A stretch of DNA of 64,000 bases from Salpingoeca rosetta (GCA_033442325.1 JAWQFM010000002.1:2252602-2316601); one strand, 5' to 3'; shown: positions 28,701 to 42,224, numbered from the stretch's first letter. The notes: generated from the letters alone by a model not told the origin. Program-made: numbers and translations.

Positions 28701-30750
28701 AGGCCGCGTTGGGCGGCGGCACAGCCGTGCACATCACGGGCTCGTCGCACACATCGCCACGGAAGCCGGTGCCTGTGCAGTTGCACGTGTACTCGTTAAT
28801 GCCGTCCACGCAAACGCCGGGGCCGCAGGGCTCCGCCTGCTGTGCGCACTCATCCACGTTGATCTCGCACCGCGCGCCATCGTACCCGGGTGGGCACATG
28901 CACTCAAACCCTTCACCTGGGACGTCGACACAGTCCCGCCGTTGAAGCAGCGCGTTGCGTCGCAGTCAACCTCGTTAATCACGCGCACTGTCAGCGTCTG
29001 CGTGAGTGTCAAGGGCGGGCTCACCGCGGTGTCCTCCACGCGGATGGTGATGTTGTGGGACCGCTGCGTCTCGTAGTCCAGCCGCCGTGACAGCACGAGC
29101 GAAGTACCAAACACGAAGAAGGGAGGATCGCCAGCAGAAAGCGCCACAAAGCGGTGGAAGCGCGCAGCGTCAGCATCCTCATCCTCAGCCCACACATGTG
29201 CAACTGTGCTCCCGACGGAAGCAAACTCGCTCACAGCGGTCGGGCTCAGCGCGATGCGCGTGGGCGGGTCGTTGGCGTTGGTGACGGTGAGAGTGAAGGT
29301 GGTCGTCGTCTCACGTTGCGGCACGCCGCTGTCCACACAGCGGATGGTCACAGAGGCCGTTTGCGCCTCCTCAAAGTTGAGCGGCTCAGCTCCCGCACGC
29401 AGGACAACCTCGCTTCCGTTGGCCATGGATGACGACGATGACGCTGAGGAGTCGATGGCAAACTGCGACTGCGGTGACACAACCTCACACGTTGCCGTCT
29501 GGTCGGCTTCGTCCGTCACAAGCACGCGTGCCAGCTGCTCGCCCTCTGGCGTGTTCTCCTGCACCGTGGTTGTGATCAGCGCCAGCGTTGGCGGCTCGTT
29601 CACGTCCTCCACCACCAGCGTGACGTTGGTCGTCGTTGTCGTCGTTCCGTCAGAGACGCCAAGCGTGTACGTGCGCTTGTTGTCGTTTGTGGACGCGACG
29701 AGACCCTCGTAGTCCTGTGCAGGCAGCGTGAACGTTGCGTTGCACGGCGTGAAGGGGGACGTGCGACCTGCGCAGGGCGTGATCTGCACCGCTGTTGCCT
29801 CTGGATCCTCCACCAGGAACAAGGTCAGGTCATCGCTCAGGTCCTCATCAACCACACCCACATCCACAGGTACGGGCTGGTTCTCGGGTGCTGTGATGAA
29901 CGCGTTGTCCTGCGCTGGTTCCGTAAACACGGGTGCATCGTTGGCGTCCGTGACGCGAATGGGGATGCGCGCCTCAGTCTCCAGTCCCGTTGCATCCACA
30001 GCAACCACGCCGAACCACTGCACACCGTCAGCGCCACCACTGCTTTCCTCAAAGTTGAGTGGCGCAACAAGCGTAACGTTGCCATCGCTGGTCACAGCCA
30101 GCACTGCCGGTACACCAGACCGGAACGTAACTGGACCAGACCCTTCAGGGTCAAGCGCGGAGAGTTGGCCGATCCGTGTCGTTGGCACCGTGTTCTCAAC
30201 GACGGTGGGCTGTGTCGGTGTGAGTGTGACGTCCACCGGGGGCTCGTTCACATCCTCCACGGTGATGTTGACCAGCTGCTGCACAAACTGACCAGCAGAG
30301 TCGATGGCCACCAGGTGAAGATGCAGCAAGGGCTCCGTCTCGTAGTCGAACAGCGTCGCCGCATCATCGCGCACGTACAGCAGATTCCCGCGCAGTTGCA
30401 GCCGCGTGTCCATGCCAACGCCGGCAATCGTGTGCGTGTCGTTGACATCTGGGTCTGCAACGACAAGCTCACCCAACAGCATGCCTGCCGCTGCATCCTC
30501 ACGCAGCTCGCCATCAAACGTGATGCCTGTTGGTGGCTCGTTCACATCGCCAATGCGCACCGTCACGCCCTGTGTGACGTTCAGCCGCTGCGGCGTGGTG
30601 TCTGTGCACGTCACCACCACCTCCACAGTTGGGCTCGTCTCAAAGTCAAGCACTCCGGCTGCATCACTGCGCAGCACAAGCTCGTTGTTGTCTGTCGTCA
30701 CGGAGAACAGTGCACTGCCAGTGGCCGAGGTGTCAGTTACTGCGCACGAG
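25770..30750 (-). pseudogene. Intronless fragment of a giant cadherin/EGF/receptor-L/TSP3-repeat surface protein, truncated at both ends
   Basis: About six cadherin repeats (LDFE, DVNEPP, DANDAP, LDYE), EGF repeats, receptor-L-like repeats (LSNLQRVAGVLALRNNDHLVSLRGL) and TSP3 [35 protein letters not shown]. Single-base frameshifts near 28934 and 26130. Confidence 0.8.
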
Positions 30751-30771
30751 TGCTGTTGTCCGGTGGTGTCT

Positions 30772-31833
30772 TCACACGCCGTCATCGTCCCCCTCCTCAC
30801 ACTCTTCGCCCTCTTCTCCATCTTCACCCTCATCCATCCGTTCGTCAACCCAATCAACCTCCTCATCGAGCACGACTGCGGCTGCCTTTTCAACGTCCAT
30901 CTCGTCAGTGCTATCAGCGCTCGCAGCTCGGGTGGTTGTACATGGTGCTGCTTGCTCTACTGCCTCCTCTTCGCCCCTGCCATCGATGATGCGCCGCTGC
31001 CGCTCCAGCTGCTTGTCGATCGAGTCAATAATGGCTTGCACGCGCGTCTTGCCATCTTTGCGGTACTGCCCGCGATCCTCGGCCAGGCGTTGGATTTCTT
31101 CCTCCAGACGCCTTCCAACATCCTCGAAGGTTGTATCGAGGCTGTATCTGCGGCCGACGTTGCCCTGATCAGCGCCCACACGAGCTCGATTGGGTTGAGG
31201 TCGCTGTAGCACGGAGGGGAGAAGAGCACCTTGTGGCCCTTGCGCCTCGGCCAGCTGCACCACCTCGGGTTGGACGTGGTTCTTCACCCACAACTTCAGG
31301 CGGTCTTTCAGCTCGCAGGAGAAGTCAGTCTCGCTCACGGTCAGGTTCCTGGCTCGCAGAGCTGCAATGACGTCCGCTTTCTTCATTCTCCCCGGGACTG
31401 ACGTGTCTGGTGGGAGGGTGCAGTGGTACGCTGCGTTGTCCATGATGATGAGCGACGGCTGGTGCAGGTTCGGCAGCAACGCATCCTTGAACCAGCTGAT
31501 GAAGTTGTCAGAATTAAAGGCTTTATGATAGTCCCCTGTATGGAAGCTCCCACGAGGGGGCTTCCGGGGACGGCCCTGCTGTTGCTGTGGTTGCTCAGGA
31601 AGGTCTTCGTCAGCGACGGGGCACTTCTTCCGCGTGTGCCCTGGCTGCTTGCATCGACCACACTTGCGTGTGGATGGTTGCTTCTGTGGTTGTTGAGGCA
31701 GGTCTTCTTCAGCGACGGGGCACTTCTTCCGCGTGTGCCCTGGCTGCTTGCACCGTGGTGGTGGTGGTGATGATGATGGCGGCGGTGGCGGTTGAAGTGA
31801 CGATGATGGTGGCGGAGGAGGAGGTGGTGGTGC

Positions 31834-31884
<51 letters not shown>

Positions 31885-31937
31885 GTTGAAGTGACGATGA
31901 TGGTGGCGGAGGAGGAGGTGGTGGTGCTTGCTGCTGC

Positions 31938-31982
<45 letters not shown>

Positions 31983-32327
31983 CGTTGTTGTCGCCGCTCA
32001 CGCTGCAGTGCGCTGCCAGGGTCGAAGATCCAGCTCGTGCCTGGAACAGGACCGGCGAGGGCGCGGTCGTTGCGGTCACTGACGGTGCACACGCGCGGAT
32101 CCGGGCCCTGAACTGCGAGGGCAAAGCAGTAGCGCCGACCCCGCTTGATCTTGCGATGACTGTGCATGTCTTGACCGTCGTTGGGGTCATACAGGGAGTC
32201 TCTGTTCCTGTTGTAGTTCCTGTCAATGTATGATTCATCGAGATACACCTACAGGCAATTGAGCCACGTGAGACACGAAAAGGGAACATTGCACATGCGA
32301 AGAAACATCGACAACACAGCAGCATGG

Positions 32328-32365
<38 letters not shown>

Positions 32366-33275
32366 CTCTGAGGCGCTCGTCAGGTGGCAACCTCCTGTTT
32401 GCATCAAACTCCTTCAGATACTTCGCCAGCAGCTGCTTGTGCCTCGGGTTCTCTTGAACAACGTGCTTGTTGCCGCGAAGGTAGCCCGCACGACGAAGAA
32501 ACCGCTGCACTGCCCGCAGAGCCGCCGCCCTGTCCAGTTCGTCGTCACCATCGCCAGCAAACGAAGGTCGTACGTCCACATGCCTGTGCTTGCGTAGGAA
32601 GTCAAGCACCTGTACGGCCGTGATGCGGTGTCCACCTTCTCTCTGCATGCGCACGTGATCGCGAACCTGCCTGAGCACACGTTTTGTCGTGGGCACACGT
32701 GTCGGCAGCTGTGTCGCCTTCCCACGGCGGTTCTCAACAGAAAGTGTCTTAAGGCCCTGCAGACACGAAGCACATGGAATATGAGCCAACATGAACAGAT
32801 CTAAGACAAACAGCACGCTGGTGTATGAGTTGACCACAGCAGGTACATCTCCTCAACTCACATCTATGCCGTGCTCTTGCAACAGCTTGTTGAGCATTGC
32901 ATACTTCCGACGCACAGTGCTGAGGCCAACCCTGTGTTGTTCCAGACCGAGGTAAAAGAGTGAAGTGAGGTCGGCCATGCGAATGAATCATGTCACAGTT
33001 GACACATGCAAACACGTCAGCTTGCACACTAACAAAAGAGTGTCAACATACCCCAACTGCTTAGCAGCACGTTCATCGACCTGGCCATTCGAGCGCTTGC
33101 CCTTGGACTTCCTCCGGTTCTCCAAGTGTGCCAATTTCAACTGCATGTACACATGCAAAACCAGAAGCGTTTCCTTCTCTGTCAGGGTTCCCTGACCCCT
33201 CATGTTCCTCAGGCACGCACATATCTCCACGATCTCCTGAGGAGTCACGTGCTTCTTGGTTACCGGCTTGGGCAT
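30772..33275 (-). mobile_element. IS630-Tc1-mariner transposase with long spacer (about DD83E, Sailor-like), spliced, degenerate
   Basis: VYLDESY, GDYHKAFNSDNFISWF, IIMDNAAYH and FSPPCYSDLNPIELVWA; 83 residues between the second D and E after correcting a frameshift. Three GT-AG introns in the N-terminal part. Frameshifts near 31238 and 31165 and in the repeat insert. No TIR identified. Confidence 0.82.
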
Positions 33276-33591
33276 GTCTTGTCGTGCCCGCTTTGGTGAG
33301 TTGGTGGCAGCTCGCCTTCATCGTCGTCGCTCACCACCTCGGAATCAGGCACAAACTCATCGTCGGTGATGGTGGTTGAAAATTTTTATTTTGCCGACGA
33401 TTTGCACGAAAGATGCAACTTGACAGCGGTCGCTTGGGGCGTGTGCGTCACCCTTGCACCCCAAACCAGCGCAGATGCATGTGCAAGGCCGACGTGGTGC
33501 TGCCGGTCAGCTTTCAAACGACTCAAATCCAACCACAAACGAGAAAAATAAAACCCTACCATTTCGTGTGTCGGGCACTGTCACGTCAGCA

Positions 33592-33629
33592 GTTTGCAAA
33601 TTGAGGTCATGCTGTTGCAATTTGCAAAC
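33592..33629. promoter_or_regulatory. Perfect 12-bp inverted repeat (GTTTGCAAATTG-N14-CAATTTGCAAAC) about 130 bp upstream of UTP14
   Basis: Directly visible. Function unknown. Confidence 0.4.
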
Positions 33630-33760
33630 GTCAATTTGTGGACCTCGGCGGAAAAGCACACGACACACACGTGCACCACCCAACAAGTCAACAAGCTCAA
33701 CAAGCAAGCAACAAGGCACAAGCAACCAACAGCGATCTAGCGAGCGTCGGACCAGCCACT

Positions 33761-34323
33761 ATGGGAAGGAGGAAGCAGCGGGGCCGCTCTGGCGGCTCAA
33801 CCAACAAGAAGAAGGGATCTCGCAAGCAGGCCATTGACACCGACGAAGATGTGCGTTGTCGCCGGGGAGGGCTAAACCATGCTTGACTTGCCTGCATGTC
33901 GCGCACGCACGTGCACACGTGCACACGTGTGTGCGTGGCTGCATCGTCTTTCCCTTTGCTGCGCTCATTCTGTGGGTCATCCTGCCTTGGGTGCATGTCT
34001 TTCTTGATGTTCTTGTCACAGTTCCAGCGTCGGGACGTGTACAATGCAGATGCCATCGACTTCTCCAAGGTCAAGCCTGTGGATGAAGGCGACTCTGACC
34101 AGGAGTATGCCGTCGGCTCTGGCGAGGACGAGGATATTGACTCCGATGCCGTGAGTATCCTTGTGCCACCACCACATTACATAGCACATGTCCAAGGGCA
34201 AGCGCGCCGTCCCCTGCACGTAGCCATGCACATGCACAAATACACAAACACAGACAAGCGGCACGCATGCAATACTGCCGCTCACCACATCCACGCACAC
34301 ACACTCGCCCACACGCACTCACT

Positions 34324-34364
<41 letters not shown>

Positions 34365-35107
34365 ACACTCGCACACGCACACTCACACGCACACGCACAC
34401 TCACACGCACACGCACACACACTCTCTCACCCACACATACACACTCTCTCACTCACACACTCGCTCGCCGCACACACGCGCTTTGTACTCCTAGGCGCTC
34501 GACTCCGAAGACGAGCAGATGTTCGAGGACATTATGCAGGGCAAGAAGCCGGCCAAGGCCGCAGCCCGAAAGCAGAGCAAGAAAGCGTCGCTTCGCCCAC
34601 AGCTCGACCTCTTGGACGAAGATGACGACAACATGGCCATGCACGCAGACAACGCAGCCTCCGAGGTATTTGGTCTTTGTTCCATTCCGTGTGTACGGCA
34701 ACCACACTGGCACAAGCGCAAACATTATCGTGCGTTGGCATTGTGACAGGCCACCTTGGGTCCACGTGATCAGCACCCTTTAAGGCCTGTTGCTCGTCAC
34801 TAAGCACCCACCACTCATCTGCAGACGTCTGACCTTGTTGTGTGCGGCAGGATGACGATGATGACGCCGATGACTACATGGACCTGTCTGAGATGCTGAC
34901 ACGCGGTGACGGTACGCGCTTGTGAACGGGGTGCATGCTTTGGGGTGGGCCGACGTCGTGTATCAACCAGATTTGCACGATTTGCTCGTTGAGTGCGGAA
35001 CAAACAACAACAGCAGTGCTGGTTGCACCTCTGTATCCATTCCCAAAGTCGCACACGTACTGACTACAACATCCCTTCATCCCCACCAATACATGCCCAC
35101 TCACATG

Positions 35108-35182
<75 letters not shown>

Positions 35183-35528
35183 TCCCACTCACATTCCCAC
35201 TCACATGTCTACACACGTTCACGCTCTTGTCCATGGCACAGGCGACGACAAGCCCGCCAAGGAGGGAGGCGAAGCCGCTGCTGGTGGTGTGCCCGCTGAT
35301 GCTGACGACGATGATGATGACGACGACGGTGACGCTCTTGATGATGACGAGGCGCAGGAGAAGTACCAGCAGGTTGTGGACGGCTTTCTCAACATGAGCA
35401 AGACCCTTGTTGACCGCCACGGTGCGTACGTGTGTTTGTGTGTGCATGTGTGTATGTATATGTGTGTATGTGTTTACAGTGCACTCGTTCATCACACTTC
35501 ACCGCATTCCAATTGCTTGCCGTCCTAA

Positions 35529-35621
<93 letters not shown>

Positions 35622-35656
35622 CATCACCATCGTCATCATCATCATCATCACCATCG

Positions 35657-35708
<52 letters not shown>

Positions 35709-35884
35709 TGCGTACATGGTCGATGCTTGCAGAGCGAACGGAGGCCGAGGCGCCGAGCATGGCAAACGTGACCGGCACTGCCGCCACAGACAAGGTCTCC
35801 CTCACAGACCTCCTGGGCACACTCGGCGACGGCGGCGCAAAGATTGGACGTACGTGTGTGTTTTATGTATTGTGTGCTGTGTGT

Positions 35885-35919
<35 letters not shown>

Positions 35920-37092
35920 TTGGTTAGGAGGGGAAGGTACATGTGGGACGAGGAATTAAGGGCTGTTGCGGCTGTGTAATGTCGTGAAATGGGCTCAAGG
36001 CAACGTTGTGATGAGACGTTGTGCTGCGCGCACACGAACTGCATCTGCCAAGCTAACCACCCCAAGTACAACTCAACCCATGTTTGCATGTCTCCCTCAC
36101 ACCCCATCCCCCCTCGCTCTCTACCTGTACCTCGTCCCTGTGCTGCTGTGGTTGCTCAACAGGCCTGAAGCAGGCGCTGGCGCCCCTCAGCGCTAAACAG
36201 AGCACGATGAAGCTTGACACGCCGCTTGGCCGCGCTGCAAAGGAGAAGATTGCCCGCCAAACGGCATTCACACAGGCAGCAGAGAACGTTTCCCGATGGG
36301 TATGTGTCGTCTGGCCAAGAGAGGATGTATGGATGTGCGTGTGCGTGCGTGTGCATGCGTGATTGCGTGTATGTGTGTATGCATGGGTGTGCGTGCGTGT
36401 GTGCGTGTGTGCGTGTTGCTTTTGACACCCTTGCAACCGTGACTCCGCATCCACGTCGTTCTCACCACCACCATGATGACGACGATCACCACCACCACCA
36501 CCACCACCACCACTGACAGGAACCGATTGTGCGGGAGAACCGGCGTGCGGACTTTGTGTCGTTTGCGGGCGACCCGACAGCCAAGCGTCTCATGTCCACT
36601 GTCGCCGCCCTTGCAACCAAGTTCAAGCCAAAGTACGACGTCGAGAAGCAGGTAACGGCTCGCCCTTCCATTGCACCACCATGTGCTTTGTGATGTTGTT
36701 TGTTTGTTTGTTTGGTTGGTTGGTTGGTTGGTTGGTTGGTTTCTTTCTTGCAATGTCCTGCTTGTGATTGCGCGTTCTGCCCACAGCTGCCTGTGCTCAC
36801 CTCCAACCGCTCTCGCTACCTCGCCTCTTCCTCATCTCACCTCTGCGTATGTGCCTGTGCATGTGGACGCGTGTATCAGATTGAGCAAGCGCTTCAGGCG
36901 AGCAAGGCGGTTGAGTCCCAGAAGAAGGCGTTGACAGAAGGAGAAAGCCTTGCCCTCAAAGGTATTATCAACATGTCGCGTGTTGGTGCTGCACATGTGC
37001 ACACATTTGCACGCGGATGTGTTTTCACTCCTGTTCACGAAGCGCACGCTCAGCGTTTGGCCACCGTCACCATTCTCAACACACACGCACGC

Positions 37093-37138
<46 letters not shown>

Positions 37139-37386
37139 ACACACACACCAATGACAACAGCGCTGTCGCCAAAGGAGGCTGAGGCGCGCGTGCGTGAACT
37201 GGCGCGCATTCGGGCGCTCAACTCGTACTACGAGGCAAAATGCAGACGCATCAAGAAGATCAAGAGCAAGAAATACAGGAAGATCCGTCGCAAGGTCCGC
37301 AGCGTTGTTGCTGGAGTGTGCACTCTGCCTCTCGTTTGCATGTGTATGTGTGGTCATGTGTGCACGTTTGTTGTTGTTGCTGCTGC

Positions 37387-37419
<33 letters not shown>

Positions 37420-38320
37420 GGTTGTGGTTGTTGTTGATACTCTTATTTGCAGTTTGAAGGCACACATACACACACGCAACCACGCACACGTGTCACACAC
37501 ACATACACAAAAACGTGATCCAATTCTCGCGTTATGACCGGCCAGGCTGCGCAGCGGCTTGATGACGAGAGCCTTGAGGAGTTGGACGAGGATGAACGGA
37601 AGCAGCGACTGCTCAAGCAGGAACGCAAGCGCGCAGAGGTACGTGTGACAGTATGGCCGTCATGGCGCTTGGTGTGATGGTGGTGGTGGTGGTGGTGGTG
37701 GTGGTTGACGCGACCACGGGCGATGATGCCCGCATTTGTTGCCTCACGTGCACCTCACTGGTGTTGCATGCATTCTAGCTGAACGTTTGTCTTCCTCACA
37801 CACGTGCACAAACGCAAACAAAACCACCAACACACACACACGCAACCACACGCACGCGTGTACACACGCTGAATAGGAACGCCTGACGCTGAAGCACAAG
37901 AACAAGGGCAAGTGGGCCAAGCGAATGATGGCACGCGGGAGCATGGACGTGGACACACGCCGTGCCCTCAACGAGCAGCAGCAGCTGAGCCAGCAGCTGC
38001 TGAAGAAGGCGACGATGCAGGAGTCGGACGACGAGCAGGGCGGCGACTACGACATGAACAGCGACTTTGACGAGGAGGAAGAGACGGTGGAGGACGCTGT
38101 TGCCGGTCTGGAGGAGGAACTGCGTGCGGCGCCGGCGAAGCAGACGGCCACGGGGATCGAGGGCATGAAATTCATGCAGCAGGCCGTGCAGCGGCAGCGC
38201 GAGGAGGCCGAGCAGAGTACGTTGCGATGCGTGTGCTGGCGTAATGCTTGTCGTTGTGTATGTTTGTGTGTTTCTGGTTGTTTGTTGTGTGGGTGGTACA
38301 CGTGTGTGTGTTTGGATTTA

Positions 38321-38369
<49 letters not shown>

Positions 38370-41300
38370 AAAACGGCTTGCTGGCTTGTTTGTGTGATCG
38401 CTGCAGTCATTGACAGCACCACAACCTCGCCACCTCCCTCACTACTTCAATCACCATCACCGCCTGCGCAGTGCTGCGAGAGCTGAAGGCTGAGCTGGCC
38501 GGTGGTGCGGCGGAGACGGACGACGTGTCGACGGCGCACAGGATGAAGCTTGGACCGTCGAGCAGCGGCAAGACAGCACGCGCCCGCAAGAACAAGGCAG
38601 ATGCAGCAGCGGCAGCAGCAACGGCAAAGGAGAAGCGCGCAAGCAAGAAAGGTGGCGCTGACGACAGTGACGACGACGATGACAATGACGGCGTTGGTGG
38701 TGGTGTTCGCGATGGCGCTGTTGCGAGTGACAGTGACAGCGCGAGTGACGATGAGAACGCGGACAGCAGCGCAGTTGTTGGTGGCGGCGATGACAGTGCA
38801 GCACCGCGATTCAGGGGCAAGCGCACGGTGCGGGCACGTGGTGCTGTTGAGGTGAAGATTGGTGCCAGTGGCGAGGATGTGGGCGACATGCAGGTGACAA
38901 GCGTGGAGACGCACGCGGAAGCCGTGCATGGTGGTCTGGGTGGCACCACCACCAGCACCAGTCAGAAGAAGCAAGCGCGCGCCTCTGATACGCAGCAGGG
39001 CGGTGCAACCAAGTCAACGGGCGGTCCCAGTGCAAAGAACCAACAGCAGCAGAAAGGGAAGGCAGGTCAGGGCCAGCAGAAGCAGAACAAGAAGCAAGAG
39101 AAGAAGCAGGCGGCAGCAGGCACCACAACCAAGGAGAAGCAGAGCACCAAGAAGGCTAAGCAAGGCGATGATGCCACAGCAACAAAATCATCATCAGGAG
39201 CAGCAGCAAAGTCGAAGGCGAAGGCGAAGGCGAAGGAAGCCGCCCCGACGGACGCTGGCGAGACCAACCTGTTTCTTGCTGCCATGTCGCGGAAGCCTGA
39301 GGACAACAGCAGCAAACGCAAGGGCAAGAAGGGCAAGAAGGGCAAGGCAGGTGCTGCCAATACTGATGCTGAGAACCCCTGGATTCAGGCCGCTGCAGGC
39401 AACAACGCCGGTGGGTTACCGTGGTGCTTCTGCATGACTGTGTATGTATGACTGTATGCGTGCAAGAGGGGAGAGAGAGAGAGAGAGAGAGAATGTGCGT
39501 GTGTATGTGTGTATGTGTAACTGTGTGCGTCTGCCTCTGTGGACGGAAAATACGCCTTCGTCTCTGGCCTGTTTTCCAACATTCGCACGTGTGCGTCATG
39601 CTCATCACCACAACGTGTCACCATGATGGCAGGCCTGACACCGCAGATGGTGATCACGGACAAGTCGACGGCGAGCGAGAAGCGCATGGCCAAGCTGCAG
39701 ATGCTGCGCAGCAAGGCGCACAAGAACAACGGCGCACCGCAGCTCAAGGACGTATGTGCTCGTGTGGCCGTTGCGGCGGTCCTCAGGGCTGCAATGCTGT
39801 GTCGGCTATGTTTGTATGCTCAAACTTGGCCTCTACCTTCACATACATGTGATACATATGCATACATACACTTGCACACACATTTGCACGCGTGCACACG
39901 CTGACACGTGCACACACACGGTCAAATGCACACACTTATTCGTACACGTTCATGTACACATTCTCTCGCATGCACATACACATACCGCGCATTGGTATCA
40001 GTTGGAAGCGGCTGTGACGAACACGACCGCGAAGCAGGCGGAGCTTGACGCAATCAAGAACGACGTTCTGGATGAAGACGAGGCGACCGCTGACGCAACG
40101 CAGGGACACACGCGCCTTGATCTCACCAAGTCCAACAAGGAGCTCATTGCACAGGTATGTGTGTATGTTGTGTGTGGTGTGTTGTGTGAGTGAGTCGTGT
40201 GGCATGTGGTGTGTTGTGCGTGTGCGGGTGCATGTTGCACATGCTGTTGGGTACATGCCCGTGTATGTGTTCTCTTCTCATGCGTGTGTTTTGCGTGGCT
40301 GGCAGGCGTTTGCATCGGACGATGTATTGGCACAGGAGTTTGAGAAGGAAAAGGCCGCAATTGCAGATGCAGAGACGCCAAAGGTACTTGCGTGTGTGCG
40401 TACGTGCGTGCATGCGTGTGTATTGCGTCTGTGTGTGTGTGTGTATTGCGTGTGCACGAGTGCATAGTCATGTACAATTTGTCATACATTGTATTGATGA
40501 ATGCGGTGGTATAATTTGCAGGACAAGGTGACATTGATGCCTGGTTGGGGCGAATGGGCCGGCGTTGGGATGAAGTCCTCGACCAAAGTCAAGTGCGTGT
40601 TCGTTCACAAGTGGTTGGAGCGGCGCCAACGGGGGAGGAGAGTGAAGAAAGGGGAGGAACACTTGCCGTTAACCCTCATGTTTCACTGGTACATTTGACG
40701 TTGTTGAAGCGGATCTTTGGCGTCTCTTCTCGATACCTCACCATTCATCAACGCACACACACACACACGCACGCACACACACACACACACAACGTGGCAT
40801 GTGTAGGCGGATTGTGAAGAAAGCGCCGCCTGCGAAGAAGCGGCGGGATGCGCAGCACAAGACGGTCATCATTACAGAAAAGGCGAACAAGCGACTGCAG
40901 GAGAAGAAGATTGCAGCCATTCCGCACCCGTTTGTCAACCCGGCTCACTTTGAACAAGTCATGCAGGCGCCAGTCGGTGCGTCATCGCTTTTGTGTCTGC
41001 GCGTGTGTGTGCGTGCGTGTCTGTGCGTCTGTGCGTGTGTGTCTGTGCGTGTGTGTCTGTGCGTGTGTGTCTGTGTGTTCTCAGAAGTGCAATTGCTCCC
41101 GGCTGATCGTGTGTTGTTTGCCATGCATTGCATGTCGTCGCTTGTTTACAGGCCGCGAGTGGAACACGGTGCGCGTGTTCCAGAAGAGCGTGCGTCCTGC
41201 TGTGGAAACCAAGGCTGGCATGTACATTGAGCCCATGAAGATGACAAAGGTCAGCACAACCATGTGTGCGTGTGTGTATGTTGGACGGCTCGTCCGAGAA

Positions 41301-41477
41301 ACGAACCCTGCTGGCCCACTGCCCCAAGACCTGCTATTCGTTCGCCCACTCACTAACTCATTCTTATTCATGCCATTCGTTTACATGCCTGTTTCTCCAA
41401 CACATCATTGACGTGTTCGCCACACCAGGGTGCCATTGCCGAGGCAACGCGCAAGTTTGAAGAAAAGACTGGGGGAG

Positions 41478-41508
<31 letters not shown>

Positions 41509-41647
41509 GAACAACAAGAACGGCAAGAACAGCAAGAACAACACGGCGGTATCAGCAACAGGGAAGGGGAAGCGCGGTGCCGGTGGCAACCAACGCCCGC
41601 AGAAGCGAGCAAAGAAGGGTGGTGCGTCTAAGTCACACAAGCAGTAG
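33761..41647 (+). CDS. UTP14: U3 snoRNP-associated protein 14 (SSU processome), many exons
   Basis: SRWEPIVRENRRAD, YYEAKCRRIKKIKSKKYRKI, RAEERLTLKHKNKGKWAK, GMKFMQ, AFASDDV..EFEKEK, MPGWGEWAGVG, IPHPF...APVGREWNT, KAGMYIEPM. Confidence 0.95.
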
Positions 41648-41693
41648 TCAGTGCAGCAGCAAACGACTGCGTTGCCGTCCTTGGCTGCTCTCG

Positions 41694-41770
<77 letters not shown>

Positions 41771-42224
41771 CCTGCTTAGCCACGGCTGTTGTTTCACTGT
41801 TGGAGGGCTTGAGGAGGGGGAACGCGATTTGCTCTAGTTCAACACCCCCCCCCCACGCATGGCAGCGGTGTTCGCTCAATACATACGCAATGACAGCGCG
41901 TGCAGAAGAACCAGAGATGAAGCAACGTTGACACGTGGCCTGTGCCAGTTGATGTGAACGCAGCTGCGTGCTTGGCACCTTGAAGCGTGCTTGGCACCTT
42001 GAACCAGGTTCACCTGCAGCACGCTGTCCTTGTTGCTGCTGTTGTCACTGTTGATGGTCTGCTCGCGGGCACAACCGTGATGCATCCCTTGGTCCGCGGG
42101 GGTTAGGTGGATGGCAGGCACTGTACGCGACAGACGCACAGCGTCCTCTTTGTCTGCGTGAACTTGATGCGCAGCGGAGCTAGGCGAGCCTTGCGTTCAA
42201 CAAGGGCGAGTGGTATTGAGGCAA

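Noticed and set aside
28734-30893. 719-aa ORF as an intact cadherin with its own start
   Set aside because: Its first ~45 codons are an off-frame reading of the transposase 3' end. It has no signal peptide and ends at a frameshift.
32762-32862. In-frame TGA in the transposase N-terminus
   Set aside because: It follows a GTGAGT donor and is intronic.
35528-35708. (ATC)n tract giving poly-I, poly-S and poly-D ORFs
   Set aside because: It is an intronic microsatellite within UTP14.
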